From Candidatus Eiseniibacteriota bacterium (GTDB lineage: Bacteria > Eisenbacteria > RBG-16-71-46), in the NCBI GenBank assembly GCA_044222065.1, contig JBGAOA010000008.1:1-64000 (forward strand): 64,000 nt of DNA, written 5' to 3'. Under the pieces are notes generated by a model, which was not told the origin of the DNA, searched no databases, and saw only the letters and a program-made list of their open reading frames with translations. How positions within the stretch are numbered: position 1 is the first letter of the stretch; every line of letters starts with the position of its first letter. Made by a program: the position numbers and the translations under genes. This document shows, in pieces, positions 9,875 through 19,072 of the stretch.

Positions 9875-10906
9875 TCAGCGCGCCCCGAGCGACGACCAGG
9901 CGCGCATGCCCTTCGATTCGAACTGGAAGGGCACGACTTGCCCGCCGTGCTTCTCGAGGACGGCCGCGACGCGGTGCTTGCGATCGAAGCGCGTCAGCAG
10001 CAGGAAGAACCCGCCGCCGCCCGCGCCGGGCATCTTGCCGCCGATCGCGCCTTCCTGGCGCGCGAGCTGGTAGAGGCGGTCGACGTGACCCGTCGAGATG
10101 CCCTCGTCGAGCTTCTTCTTGTGCAGCCACGCCTCGTGCAGCAGCTCGCCGAAGCCGTCGAGATCGCCGAGCAGCAGCGCCTTCTTCATCTCGAGCGTGT
10201 GGCGCTTGAGGAAGTGCAGCGCCTCGACGACCGGCTTGCGGTTCTCGCGGTACGAACGCGTCTGGCGCTCGATGATCTTCGCCGACTGGCGCGTGTGGCC
10301 CATGTAGCAGAGCAGCAGGCGGTACTGCAGTTCGTCGAGCACGTCGCGACGGATGCGAAGCGGATTGACGACCGTCGAGTCGCGGTTGAACTCGATGAAG
10401 TTGAAGCCGCCGAAGGCCGACGCGTACTGATCCTGCATGCCGCCCGCGAGCTTCAGGTCCACGCGCTCGATGCGGTAGGCGAGCTCGGCGATCTCGTAGC
10501 TCGTGAGCGGGTTCTTCTGCCACTCGGCGAGCACGCCGATCATCGCGACGACGAGCGTGGACGACGATCCGAGCCCCGATCCGGGCGGCGCGTCGGAATG
10601 GCACCACAGGTCTGCGCCGCGCTTGACGCGCATCGCGCGCACGACGGCCTTCAGCAGGTCGAGGTTGCCGTCGAGCTTGAGCCGTCGCGGATGGTCGAAG
10701 CGCGCGACCATGTCGTAGTCGAGGCTCGCGAGCGTGAGGCGCGAGTCGCGGCGCGGCCGCAGCGACGCGTAGGCGTACTGGTTGATCGTCGCCGACAGCA
10801 CCATGCCGCCGTGCTCCTGCGGGTACGGCGGAACGTCGGTGCCGCCGCCGCAGAACGACAGCCGCAGCGGTGCGCGGGCGCGGTAGAACAAGCGTCGGGG
10901 CTTCAT
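9875..10906 (-). CDS. hddA: GHMP sugar kinase, D-glycero-alpha-D-manno-heptose-7-phosphate kinase-like
   Basis: APLRLSFCGGGTDV, PPGSGLGSSS (GHMP motif), GGMQDQYASAFGGFN, GGKMPGAGGGGF. Confidence 0.85.
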   Translation of the reverse strand: MKPRRLFYRARAPLRLSFCGGGTDVPPYPQEHGGMVLSATINQYAYASLRPRRDSRLTLASLDYDMVARFDHPRRLKLDGNLDLLKAVVRAMRVKRGADLWCHSDAPPGSGLGSSSTLVVAMIGVLAEWQKNPLTSYEIAELAYRIERVDLKLAGGMQDQYASAFGGFNFIEFNRDSTVVNPLRIRRDVLDELQYRLLLCYMGHTRQSAKIIERQTRSYRENRKPVVEALHFLKRHTLEMKKALLLGDLDGFGELLHEAWLHKKKLDEGISTGHVDRLYQLARQEGAIGGKMPGAGGGGFFLLLTRFDRKHRVAAVLEKHGGQVVPFQFESKGMRAWSSLGAR

Positions 10907-10925
10907 GCGGTCGTTCCCTCTCCCG

Positions 10926-11621
10926 TCAGTGCGCGCCGAAGTGCGCCTCGGCCCGCGCCCAGTCCTCGGGCGTGCCGATGTCCCAGAACGTCCCCGGCGA
11001 GCGCACGCCTTCGAGCCGGCCTTCGGCCGCGAGTGCGGCGAGCGTGTCGCGCTCGAGCGACGATACACCGGCGGGCAGCCGCCTCCACAGCACGGGCGAG
11101 AAGGCGTAGAGGCCGCCGTTCACCCACGCGGGCCCGTTCCATTCCGGGTCCTTCTCGACGAAGCGCGCGACGCGTCCGCCCGGGGCGCACTCCACACGGC
11201 CACGAGCGCGCGCGTCGGCGACCTCGAACAGCGCCACGGCGCCGAGCGCCGCGCCCTCCCAGCGGGCGCGCTCGAGCACCCACGGGTCGGCGTCGCACAG
11301 CGTGTCGCCATTGACGACCAGCGCCGGGCCCTCCAGGTGCGCGGCCGCGAAACGCAGCGCGCCACCCGTGCCGAGCGGCTCCTCTTCGACCGACCAGGCG
11401 AGGCGCACGCCGAGCGCCGTTCCGTCGCCGAGGGCTCCGCGCATGGCGTCTGCGCCGTAGCCCGCGCACACGACGAAGTCGCGGAAGCCGTGCGACGCGA
11501 GCCATTCGATCTGGCGCTCGAGGAACGGGCGTCCGCCGAGCGGCGCGAGCGGCTTCGGAAGATCGGCGAACCGTGGGCGCAACCGCGTGCCGAGCCCGCC
11601 CGCGAGCAGGAACGCCTTCAT
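10926..11621 (-). CDS. hddC: Sugar-1-phosphate nucleotidyltransferase (HddC/heptose-1-P guanylyltransferase-like)
   Basis: LAGGLGTRLRP, LPKPLAP, EPLGTGGAL, VVNGDT, WDIGTPED; adjacent to hddA. Confidence 0.75.
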   Translation of the reverse strand: MKAFLLAGGLGTRLRPRFADLPKPLAPLGGRPFLERQIEWLASHGFRDFVVCAGYGADAMRGALGDGTALGVRLAWSVEEEPLGTGGALRFAAAHLEGPALVVNGDTLCDADPWVLERARWEGAALGAVALFEVADARARGRVECAPGGRVARFVEKDPEWNGPAWVNGGLYAFSPVLWRRLPAGVSSLERDTLAALAAEGRLEGVRSPGTFWDIGTPEDWARAEAHFGAH

Positions 11622-12559
11622 GCCTCGCGGCCGTACGTGCGGCGCACGGGGTACTCGGCGCGCGCGCGCATGTTCGCGATCATCTCGCCGAGCAGCCCCA
11701 TCAGGATGAACTGGATGCCCACGAGCACAAGCGTCGCGCCGAACAGCATGAGCGGGCGCACGCGCATCGGCTCGCCGCCGGCCCACTGCGCGACGAACCA
11801 CAGGCCCATGAGCGCCGCGACCGCGAGGAAGAAGAGTCCGATGCGCCCGAACACGTGCAGCGGCTTCAGGGCCGAGGTCGAGATGAACGCGGCGCTCATC
11901 AGATCGAGGAAGCCGTTCACGAACCGCGACGAGCCGAACTTGCTGCGCCCGAACTGGCGCGCGCGGTGATGCACCGGAACCTCGCCGACGCGGAATCCGG
12001 CCCAGTGCGCGAGCGCCGGCATGAAGCGGTGCAGTTCGCCGTACACGTCGAGCGTCTCGACGACGTCCCTGCGATACAGCTTGAAGCCGCAGTTGAAGTC
12101 GTGCAGCCGGATGCCGGCGACCGCGGACGTGACGATGTTGAAGAGCCGCGAAGGCCAGGTCTTCGTCCACGGATCCCGACGCTTGAGCTTCCAGCCGGAC
12201 ACGAGGTCGAACCCGGAGTCGACCGCCGCGGCCAGCTTCGGGAACTCGCGCGGATCGTCCTGCAGGTCGGCGTCCATGGTCGCGACCCACTCCCCGCGAG
12301 CGAGGCGGAAGCCGGTCGCGAGCGCGGCGCTCTTGCCGTAGTTGCGGCGGAACGACACGCCTCGTACGCGCGCGTCGGCCGCGGAGAGCTTCTCGATCGC
12401 GAGGTCGGTCCCGTCCCGCGAGCCGTCGTCCACGTAGACGACCTCCCAGCTCCGGCCGAACGCGTCGAGCGCCGTGCGCAGCTCTTCCTGGAGCACGGGC
12501 AGGCTCTCGGCCTCGTTGAAGGCCGGGATCACGACCGACAGGAACGGCGCCTCGCTCAC
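11618..12559 (-). CDS. Polyprenyl-phosphate glycosyltransferase, GT2 (ArnC/GtrB/DPM1-like) with two C-terminal TMs
   Basis: SVVIPAFNE, VDDGSRD, RNYGKSAAL, MDADLQDDP, HDFNCGFKLY, YGELHRFMP, then two hydrophobic helices. Confidence 0.88.
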   Translation of the reverse strand: MSEAPFLSVVIPAFNEAESLPVLQEELRTALDAFGRSWEVVYVDDGSRDGTDLAIEKLSAADARVRGVSFRRNYGKSAALATGFRLARGEWVATMDADLQDDPREFPKLAAAVDSGFDLVSGWKLKRRDPWTKTWPSRLFNIVTSAVAGIRLHDFNCGFKLYRRDVVETLDVYGELHRFMPALAHWAGFRVGEVPVHHRARQFGRSKFGSSRFVNGFLDLMSAAFISTSALKPLHVFGRIGLFFLAVAALMGLWFVAQWAGGEPMRVRPLMLFGATLVLVGIQFILMGLLGEMIANMRARAEYPVRRTYGREA

Positions 12560-13509
12560 GCGGCTCCCCCTCCGTACAGCGTCTTCGCCCACGCGGCCTC
12601 GGCCGCGAGGCCGTCCGCGATCGGGACGGACGGCGCGAACCCCAGGTCCTCGCGGATGCGCGCGGCGTCCGCGCGCGTGCGCTCGGGATCGCCCTTCTGC
12701 TTCGGCTGGAACTCGAGCGTCGCCTTCACGCCGAGCGCCGACTCGAGCATCCCGATCGCCTCGAGCACGTCCACCTGCGATCCGCCGCCGACGTTGTACA
12801 CGCCCTGCGGCCGGCTCTTCGTCCACGCGCGCACGTTCGCCTCGATCGCGTCCTCGATGAACGTGAAGTCGCGCGACTGCCGGCCGTCGCCGAACACGGG
12901 AATCGGGCGGCCCTCGAGCAGGGCGCGGCAGAACTTGTGGAACGCCATGTCCGGCCGCTGGCGCGGTCCGTACACCGTGAAGTAGCGCAGCGCCGCGACC
13001 GGCAGCCCGAAGTTCCGGCCGTAGAGCAGCACGAGGTGCTCCCCCGCGAGCTTCGTCACGCCGTAGGGCGAGAACGGCCGCGGGAGCAGCGACTCGTCCG
13101 TCGGATAGCGCTCGGCGTCGCCGTACACCGAGGACGAGGACGCGTACACGAAGCGCTCGAGCTTCGCGCCCTGGTAGCGCTCGAGCAGGCGCTGGGTCGC
13201 GAGCACGTTGTGGTGCGCGTAAGCGGCGAAGTCCCTGCCCCACGACGCGCGCACGCCGGCCTGCGCCGCCTGGTGGAACACGACGTCCACGTCGGGGAGC
13301 TTCGCGAGGTCCGCAGCGCCGAGGTCGAGTTCGAGGAACGCGAAGCGCGGATGCGCGAGCGAGGCGGCCAGGTTCTTCCGCTTGAGCGCCGGGTCGTAGT
13401 AGTCCGTGAAGCAGTCGACGCCGACGACCTCGATGCCGTCGCGAAGCAGCCGTTCCGAGAGGTGCGATCCGATGAACCCGGCGGCTCCGGTCACCAGCGC
13501 GCGCGTCAT
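12556..13509 (-). CDS. NAD-dependent nucleotide-sugar epimerase/dehydratase (UDP-glucuronate 4-epimerase-like)
   Basis: TGAAGFIG, HQAAQAGVR, ASSSSVYG, YGVTK (YxxxK), YFTVYGPRQRPDMAFHKF. Confidence 0.9.
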   Translation of the reverse strand: MTRALVTGAAGFIGSHLSERLLRDGIEVVGVDCFTDYYDPALKRKNLAASLAHPRFAFLELDLGAADLAKLPDVDVVFHQAAQAGVRASWGRDFAAYAHHNVLATQRLLERYQGAKLERFVYASSSSVYGDAERYPTDESLLPRPFSPYGVTKLAGEHLVLLYGRNFGLPVAALRYFTVYGPRQRPDMAFHKFCRALLEGRPIPVFGDGRQSRDFTFIEDAIEANVRAWTKSRPQGVYNVGGGSQVDVLEAIGMLESALGVKATLEFQPKQKGDPERTRADAARIREDLGFAPSVPIADGLAAEAAWAKTLYGGGAA

Positions 13510-13519
13510 CGCCGTATCC

Positions 13520-16162
13520 TCACGGGGTCTGCGGCAGCGGCGGCGGCGCCATCGGCGACGGTCCGCCGAGCGACGGCTGCCCGAGCTGGCGACGCTGCTG
13601 CTCGAGCAACGCACCCGCCTGCGCGTCGTCGGGATGCAGTCGCACCCACCGTTCCAGGTAGCCGAGCGCGCGCTCGCGGTCGCCCGCCTCCCACAGCGTG
13701 GAGTACGCGGCGTAGTAGGGCATGTTGTAGTTCGGGTCGGACTGGATCGCGGCGTCGAACTCGCGCACGGCGTCCGCGACGCGGTTCTGGATGATGAGCG
13801 CGACGCCGTAGTAGTAGCGCGCCTCGGGATCGTTCGGCGCCTGGCGCACGAGCCGCTCGTAGAGCGCCATGGCCTTCGCCGTGTCGCCGCGGTCCATGTA
13901 GAAGCCGCCGAGCGGCACCTGCACCGCCGCGTAGTCCGGGAACATGCGCGAGACGCGCTCCATCTCGGAGATCGCGCGGTCGAGTTCCCCGCGGCGCCGG
14001 TACGTGAACGCGAGCTGCATGTGCGCGGCCGCGTAGTTGCGCGACAGCGTCGCGCTGTTCTCGTCCTTGTAGACGTTCGTGACGTAGTTGCCGTCGGCGT
14101 CGAACAGGCCGCGGTACAGGAACTTCTTGTAGAGCGATTCCTCGACCTTCTGCACGTCGATCTCGCCCTGCGTCGTGTCGCGGTTCACGCGCGAGACGAG
14201 GCCTTCGAGCGTGAAGTACTTCTCGAGCCCCATGCGCTCGGGCACGGTGACCGCGAAGTACGGCTGCTTCTTCCATGTGTCGGCGCCGACCGCGTCCTGC
14301 TCGAGGATGTGGTGCACCATGAACTGGTTCGTGTAGATGATGCGCCCGGTCTCGTCCTGGACCGCGCCGCGCCCGAGGATCCGCACGGTCGCGTCGTCGA
14401 GCTGGATCGGGACCTTCGGCTCCTCGTCGCGCAGCTGGCGGATGTACCAGTCGGTGTTCAGCAGGCTCAGGTTCACGACGCGCACGTCCTTGCGGAATCC
14501 CTCGACCTGCTGGATGTACCAGAGCGGGAACGTGTCGTTGTCGCCGTTCGTGAACACGAACGAGTTCGGAGCGAGCGGCGCGAGCATGTTGTAGGCGTAG
14601 TCGCGCGCGATGTAGTTGCCGCGGCGGTCGTGCGTGAACCACAGGTTCCACAGCAGGCCGAGCGGCTGGAGCGCGAGCACGGCGGCGGTCGCGACCGTGG
14701 CGGCGCTGCGCGCGGCCCCCGATTCGAACGAGTCGCGCACCCAGGTCACGAGCGCGCCCACCCCGAGTCCGATCCAGATCGCGTACGCGTGGTAGCCGCT
14801 CTGGAAGAAGTAGTCGCGTTCGCGCACTTCGTCGTTCGAGAAGTTCAGGAACACGATCATCCCGGCCGTCGTCACGCCGACGAAAATGAACTGCGTGAGG
14901 AACGACACCTTCTCCTTGCGGAAGTGCCACACCGCGCCGGCGACGCCGAGCGCGAGCGGGATCAGCCCGCGCAGCGGCTCGTCCACCGGGTACGAGGGCC
15001 CCTTCGGCGTCGGGGACGGCACGACCGGCCACTGCCGCCGGAAGTAGCGCCAGAACTCCTTGTTGAGCTGCGTCTCGAGCGTGCCGCGGCGGTTGAACAT
15101 GTTCATCGTGCCGTACTGCTTGCGCTCGAGCAGGTCGCGAAGGCTCGGCCAGTCCGCCGGCGCGCCCTCGTTCACGCCCGGATGCTGCGCCGCGCGGATC
15201 GGCAGGTAGAGGTGCGTCGAGTAACCCGCGACCATCAGGAACAGCGCGAGCGCGAGGATGCGCCCCTCGCGGTGCTTGAGCGCGAACATCACGAGCGGCA
15301 CGAGCACGCCGAGCACGGCGATCACCGCCGTCTGCGGCTTGAAGTCCGAGTCGCCGAACGCCACGGCCATGCCGACCGTCGCGGCGACGGCGCCGGCCGC
15401 GACGACCCAGCCGTTGATCTTCTGCTGCCACGCGTACGCCAGGAACGTGAACGTCGCGAGCAGCAGCACGCCGCCGGCGAGCCGCTCGAGGCCCATCGTG
15501 ACGAGCAGCGACGTGAGCACGGGCATGAGGAAGACGAGCGCGACCTTGCGGTCCACGAGGAACACGATCGCGAGCAGCGGCAGCGCCATGATCGCGACGC
15601 CGAGGTGCAGCCCGACGCACAGCCACATCACGTAGGTCGCGACGAGCAGCGGCCCCGCCGTCGGCCGCTTCTCGTGCTGTTCCCACCACCGCAGTCCGAG
15701 CCACAGCACGAGGATCTGCGCGAGGCTCATGAGCGCGTAGACTTCGGCCTCGATCGAGTTCTCCCAGAACGAGTCCGAGAACGCGATCATCAGCGCGCCG
15801 AGCACCGCGGAGAGGTGCGCGATCCACAGGTCCGAACCCTTGCGGTCGGGGCCCTGCACGAGGCGTACGAACTTGAGCGTCACGAGGTACGTGAACATCA
15901 CCGCGAGCGCCGACGCGAGACCCGAGAGCGCGTTCACCCGTTCGGCGAGCGTCGGCCAGGGCAGCAGCAGCGTCGCCATGCGTCCGAGCAGCACGTAGAA
16001 GGGCGTGCCCGGCGGGTGCGGGATGCCGAGGATCGTGGAGACGGCGATGAACTCGCCGGAGTCCCAGAACGGGCAGGTCGGGGTCTGCGTGATCCAGTAG
16101 ACCGCCGCCGCCACGGCGAACACGAACACCGCGAGGAGCTGCGTGACGCGCTTGTCCGTCAT
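13520..16162 (-). CDS. DUF2723 / TMEM260-like GT-C membrane protein with C-terminal TPR repeats
   Basis: FWDSGEFIA...LGIPHPPGTPFYVLLGR, FWENSIEAEVYA, YLPIRAA, EVRERDYFF, FTNGDNDTFPLWYIQQVEGFRKDVRVVNLSLLNTDWY; about four TPR-like repeats at the C-terminus. Confidence 0.85.
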   Translation of the reverse strand: MTDKRVTQLLAVFVFAVAAAVYWITQTPTCPFWDSGEFIAVSTILGIPHPPGTPFYVLLGRMATLLLPWPTLAERVNALSGLASALAVMFTYLVTLKFVRLVQGPDRKGSDLWIAHLSAVLGALMIAFSDSFWENSIEAEVYALMSLAQILVLWLGLRWWEQHEKRPTAGPLLVATYVMWLCVGLHLGVAIMALPLLAIVFLVDRKVALVFLMPVLTSLLVTMGLERLAGGVLLLATFTFLAYAWQQKINGWVVAAGAVAATVGMAVAFGDSDFKPQTAVIAVLGVLVPLVMFALKHREGRILALALFLMVAGYSTHLYLPIRAAQHPGVNEGAPADWPSLRDLLERKQYGTMNMFNRRGTLETQLNKEFWRYFRRQWPVVPSPTPKGPSYPVDEPLRGLIPLALGVAGAVWHFRKEKVSFLTQFIFVGVTTAGMIVFLNFSNDEVRERDYFFQSGYHAYAIWIGLGVGALVTWVRDSFESGAARSAATVATAAVLALQPLGLLWNLWFTHDRRGNYIARDYAYNMLAPLAPNSFVFTNGDNDTFPLWYIQQVEGFRKDVRVVNLSLLNTDWYIRQLRDEEPKVPIQLDDATVRILGRGAVQDETGRIIYTNQFMVHHILEQDAVGADTWKKQPYFAVTVPERMGLEKYFTLEGLVSRVNRDTTQGEIDVQKVEESLYKKFLYRGLFDADGNYVTNVYKDENSATLSRNYAAAHMQLAFTYRRRGELDRAISEMERVSRMFPDYAAVQVPLGGFYMDRGDTAKAMALYERLVRQAPNDPEARYYYGVALIIQNRVADAVREFDAAIQSDPNYNMPYYAAYSTLWEAGDRERALGYLERWVRLHPDDAQAGALLEQQRRQLGQPSLGGPSPMAPPPLPQTP

Positions 16163-17163
16163 TCGTTGGATCTCCCCCGCTCGCGCGCGGTGGCGCGCCG
16201 ATGCGGGATGCGCACGAGCACGATCAGGCCGCCGAGCAGACTGACCGCAACGGCCACGAGATACGTCGTGAACTGCAGGGTGAACGACTGGGCCCGGGAG
16301 ACGCCGATGAGGCCGAACAGCACGATGCCCGCGCCCTCACGCACGCCGATCCCGTTCAGAGAGATGGGCAGCGAGACTATCACCGCCAGCAACGGCACGA
16401 AAAGCAGGAAGTAGGTCAGCGCGATGTGAAGCCCGAGCGAGCGTGCGGTGAGCGCGTGCACGAAGATGCGCAGGAACTGCACGACGAGCGCGATCGAGAG
16501 CAGTTCGAGGAACAGGCGGCGCTGCCCGCGGAATCCCGTGAGCCGCCGCGACAGGTCGTCGAGGTGCGGCTTGAGGCGACCGAGCCCCACGCGCGCGAGC
16601 ACGCGCTCGGCGAGTTCGAGCCACGCCGGATGGAACACCGCCCACAGCAGCGCGACGCTCAGCACGAAGAACCCAACGAGCGCGAGGTACGCGAACACGA
16701 AGTGGAAGCGGTCGATCGCGGGCAGCGTCGTCACGAGCGCGAGGCCGGCGAGCGCGACGGTGCCGATCACCCGGTCGAGCAGAACCGTGCTGAGCGCCGC
16801 GGCGCGCGAGTCCGCGTGGCGCGAAGCGTCGAGCACGCGCGCGAAGTCGCCGCCGACGTTCGCGGGCAGGAAATTGTTGAAGAACAGGCCGACGTGGTAG
16901 TACGCGCACACCTTCCAGAACGGGATGCGAATCTCCACGGCCCGCAGCAGCCGGCTCCACTGGTAGGCGCCGAGCAGGTTGCTCGTCAGCATCACGGCGC
17001 CCGCGAGCGCGAGCCAGCGCGGGTTCGCGTGCTCGAGAGCGCGGCCGAGCTGGTCGAGGTTGATGCGGCCGACGAGGAACGCGAGCAGCCCGAGGCTGAT
17101 CGCGACCTTGAGCCCGAGCAGCAGCGCGTGCCGCAGGTTCGGCTTGAGCGTCGCGCCGCTCAT
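16159..17163 (-). CDS. UPF0104 / lysylphosphatidylglycerol-synthase TM domain flippase-like protein
   Basis: GLFFNNFLPANVGGD, VLLDRVIG, LPISLNGIGVRE; multiple TMs. Confidence 0.85.
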   Translation of the reverse strand: MSGATLKPNLRHALLLGLKVAISLGLLAFLVGRINLDQLGRALEHANPRWLALAGAVMLTSNLLGAYQWSRLLRAVEIRIPFWKVCAYYHVGLFFNNFLPANVGGDFARVLDASRHADSRAAALSTVLLDRVIGTVALAGLALVTTLPAIDRFHFVFAYLALVGFFVLSVALLWAVFHPAWLELAERVLARVGLGRLKPHLDDLSRRLTGFRGQRRLFLELLSIALVVQFLRIFVHALTARSLGLHIALTYFLLFVPLLAVIVSLPISLNGIGVREGAGIVLFGLIGVSRAQSFTLQFTTYLVAVAVSLLGGLIVLVRIPHRRATARERGRSNE

Positions 17164-18299
17164 CGCGCCGCTCCCGCGCGGGCCGGCGCCGCGGCGAGCA
17201 GCGCGTCGAGCGACCGGCGCCCGCAATCGGGCCACGTGAAGCGCGCGGCCCACTCCGTGCCCGCGCGCTCGAACCGGCCGCGCAGCGCCGCATCGTCCAG
17301 CACGCGCACGAGCGCGTCCGCCATCGCACGCACGTCGCCGTAGGGCACGAGCAGCCCCGTCTCATCGCGGCGCACGGAGTCGCGCAGTCCGGGGCTGTCG
17401 GCCGCGACGACCGCGGTGCCGCACGCGCCGGCTTCCACGACCGTGAGCCCCCAGCCCTCCTTCGGCGACGGCTGCACGAGCACCCACGCGCGCTGCAGCA
17501 GCTTCACCTTCTCCGCGCGCGGCAGGAAGCCGCGGAACACGACGGCGTGCGCGAGCCCGCGGCGTGCGGCCTCGAGCTTTAGTTCCGGCAGGTGAGGCCC
17601 GTCGCCGACGACGACGAGCTTCGCGTCGGGCCGGCGCGCGAGCACCGCGGGCAGCGAGCGCAGCACCCAGTCCACGCCCTTGTAGCGCCGCACGCGGCCG
17701 ATGTAGAGGATCGTCGGCGCCTCGCTCTTCCCCGCTTCGGGATCACGCCGGTAGCTCTCGTGATCCATGCCGCAGTGGACCACGGTGATGCGCTCGCGGG
17801 CGACGCCGCGCGCGACGAGGTCGTCGCGCGTGCTCTCGGAGATCACGACGAACGGCGTGCGCGCGTACGCACCGGGGATGAGCCGTTCGAGCGCGACGAC
17901 GTAGCTCGCGATCGGCCACGGCGCCTCCTGGAACGCCGCGCCGCCGAACAGGTGCGGCACGATCGTGGCGACCGGCGCCTTCGTCCACCAGGGCGTGAAG
18001 CACGGCACCTTGTTGATGTCCTCGACGACGAGGTCCGGGGCCGGTGAAGCGAACTCGCGCCGGAGCACGCCGGGAACGACGAGGTTGAAGTTCCACCACG
18101 AGCCGCGCCGCACGAGACGCATCCCGCGGTGCTCGCGCTCGGGCTCGGCGTTCGGGAAGGACGACGCGAGCCACGTCACGCGGTGGCCGCGGCGCACCGC
18201 CTCGAGCAGGATCTCCTCGAGGTGCAGTTCCGCGCCCCCGGCCTCGGGGTGGTGCGGACAGCGGAAGTTCACGGCGAGGACGTGGAGCGGCCCGCTCAC
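17160..18299 (-). CDS. Glycosyltransferase family 4
   Basis: HPEAGGAE, VEDINKVP, GRVRRYKG, PSPKEGWGLTVVEAGACG. Confidence 0.9.
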   Translation of the reverse strand: MSGPLHVLAVNFRCPHHPEAGGAELHLEEILLEAVRRGHRVTWLASSFPNAEPEREHRGMRLVRRGSWWNFNLVVPGVLRREFASPAPDLVVEDINKVPCFTPWWTKAPVATIVPHLFGGAAFQEAPWPIASYVVALERLIPGAYARTPFVVISESTRDDLVARGVARERITVVHCGMDHESYRRDPEAGKSEAPTILYIGRVRRYKGVDWVLRSLPAVLARRPDAKLVVVGDGPHLPELKLEAARRGLAHAVVFRGFLPRAEKVKLLQRAWVLVQPSPKEGWGLTVVEAGACGTAVVAADSPGLRDSVRRDETGLLVPYGDVRAMADALVRVLDDAALRGRFERAGTEWAARFTWPDCGRRSLDALLAAAPARAGAAR

Positions 18300-19072
18300 G
18301 GCTTCTCGCCCACCGTGCCGATCACGTGCATCGTGTAGAGCGCCCAGCGCGAACGCTCGCACGCGCGCCGGAGCACGCCGGTCGCGTTCCACCACGCGCG
18401 CAGCGGCCGGGGCTCGAGCGGCAGCGCGAGTCCCAGTGTGCGCTTCAGCGCCTCGCGGAACACCCGGTAGCCGAGGCCCGGGACCATCCACTCGCCGTAC
18501 GTGCGCTTCACGACGAGACCGCTCGCGCGCACGCGCGCCTCGAGTTCGTCCGGCGTGAACTGCGTCTCCCAGCCGGCGAACCAGCGGTCGAGCGCGATCA
18601 GGGTCTGCTTGAGCAGCGTGTAGAGGTGGAAGGTCTGCGGCACGTCCACGAGCACGCGGCCGCCGCGCTTCGCGACGCGCGCGTTCTCGGCGACGAGCGG
18701 GGCGGGATCGCGAAAGTGCTCGAGCAGCCCCTGGTGGAACTGCACGTCGAACGTGCCGTCGCGGAACGGCATGCGCCGCGCGTCCGCGCGCACGAGCATC
18801 ACGGGCAGCCCCTGCTCCGCCGCCTGGCGCGCGACGAGTCCGAGGGACGCGGGCGAGTAGTCGAGCACGACGCCGCGCGCGCCGTCGCGCACGAGCGCGA
18901 GGAGGTCGCGGCCCGAGCCGGCGCCGACCTCCATGACGAGCCGCCCGCGCACGTCGCCGTCGGCGAGCACTTCGCGCGCGAGGCGGCCGCCGGTGGAGTA
19001 GGTCGCGTCCAGGTCGGCGTGCGCCTTCCAGTACGACTCCCAGTGGTCGAGTGTGGACGCGCGCTCGCTCAT
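18296..19072 (-). CDS. Class I SAM-dependent methyltransferase
   Basis: MEVGAGSG motif I, ADARRMPFRDGTFD, HQGLLEHF. Confidence 0.85.
   Translation of the reverse strand: MSERASTLDHWESYWKAHADLDATYSTGGRLAREVLADGDVRGRLVMEVGAGSGRDLLALVRDGARGVVLDYSPASLGLVARQAAEQGLPVMLVRADARRMPFRDGTFDVQFHQGLLEHFRDPAPLVAENARVAKRGGRVLVDVPQTFHLYTLLKQTLIALDRWFAGWETQFTPDELEARVRASGLVVKRTYGEWMVPGLGYRVFREALKRTLGLALPLEPRPLRAWWNATGVLRRACERSRWALYTMHVIGTVGEKP

Noticed and set aside
13406..16414. 1002-aa plus-strand ORF
   Set aside because: Antisense shadow of the DUF2723 gene.
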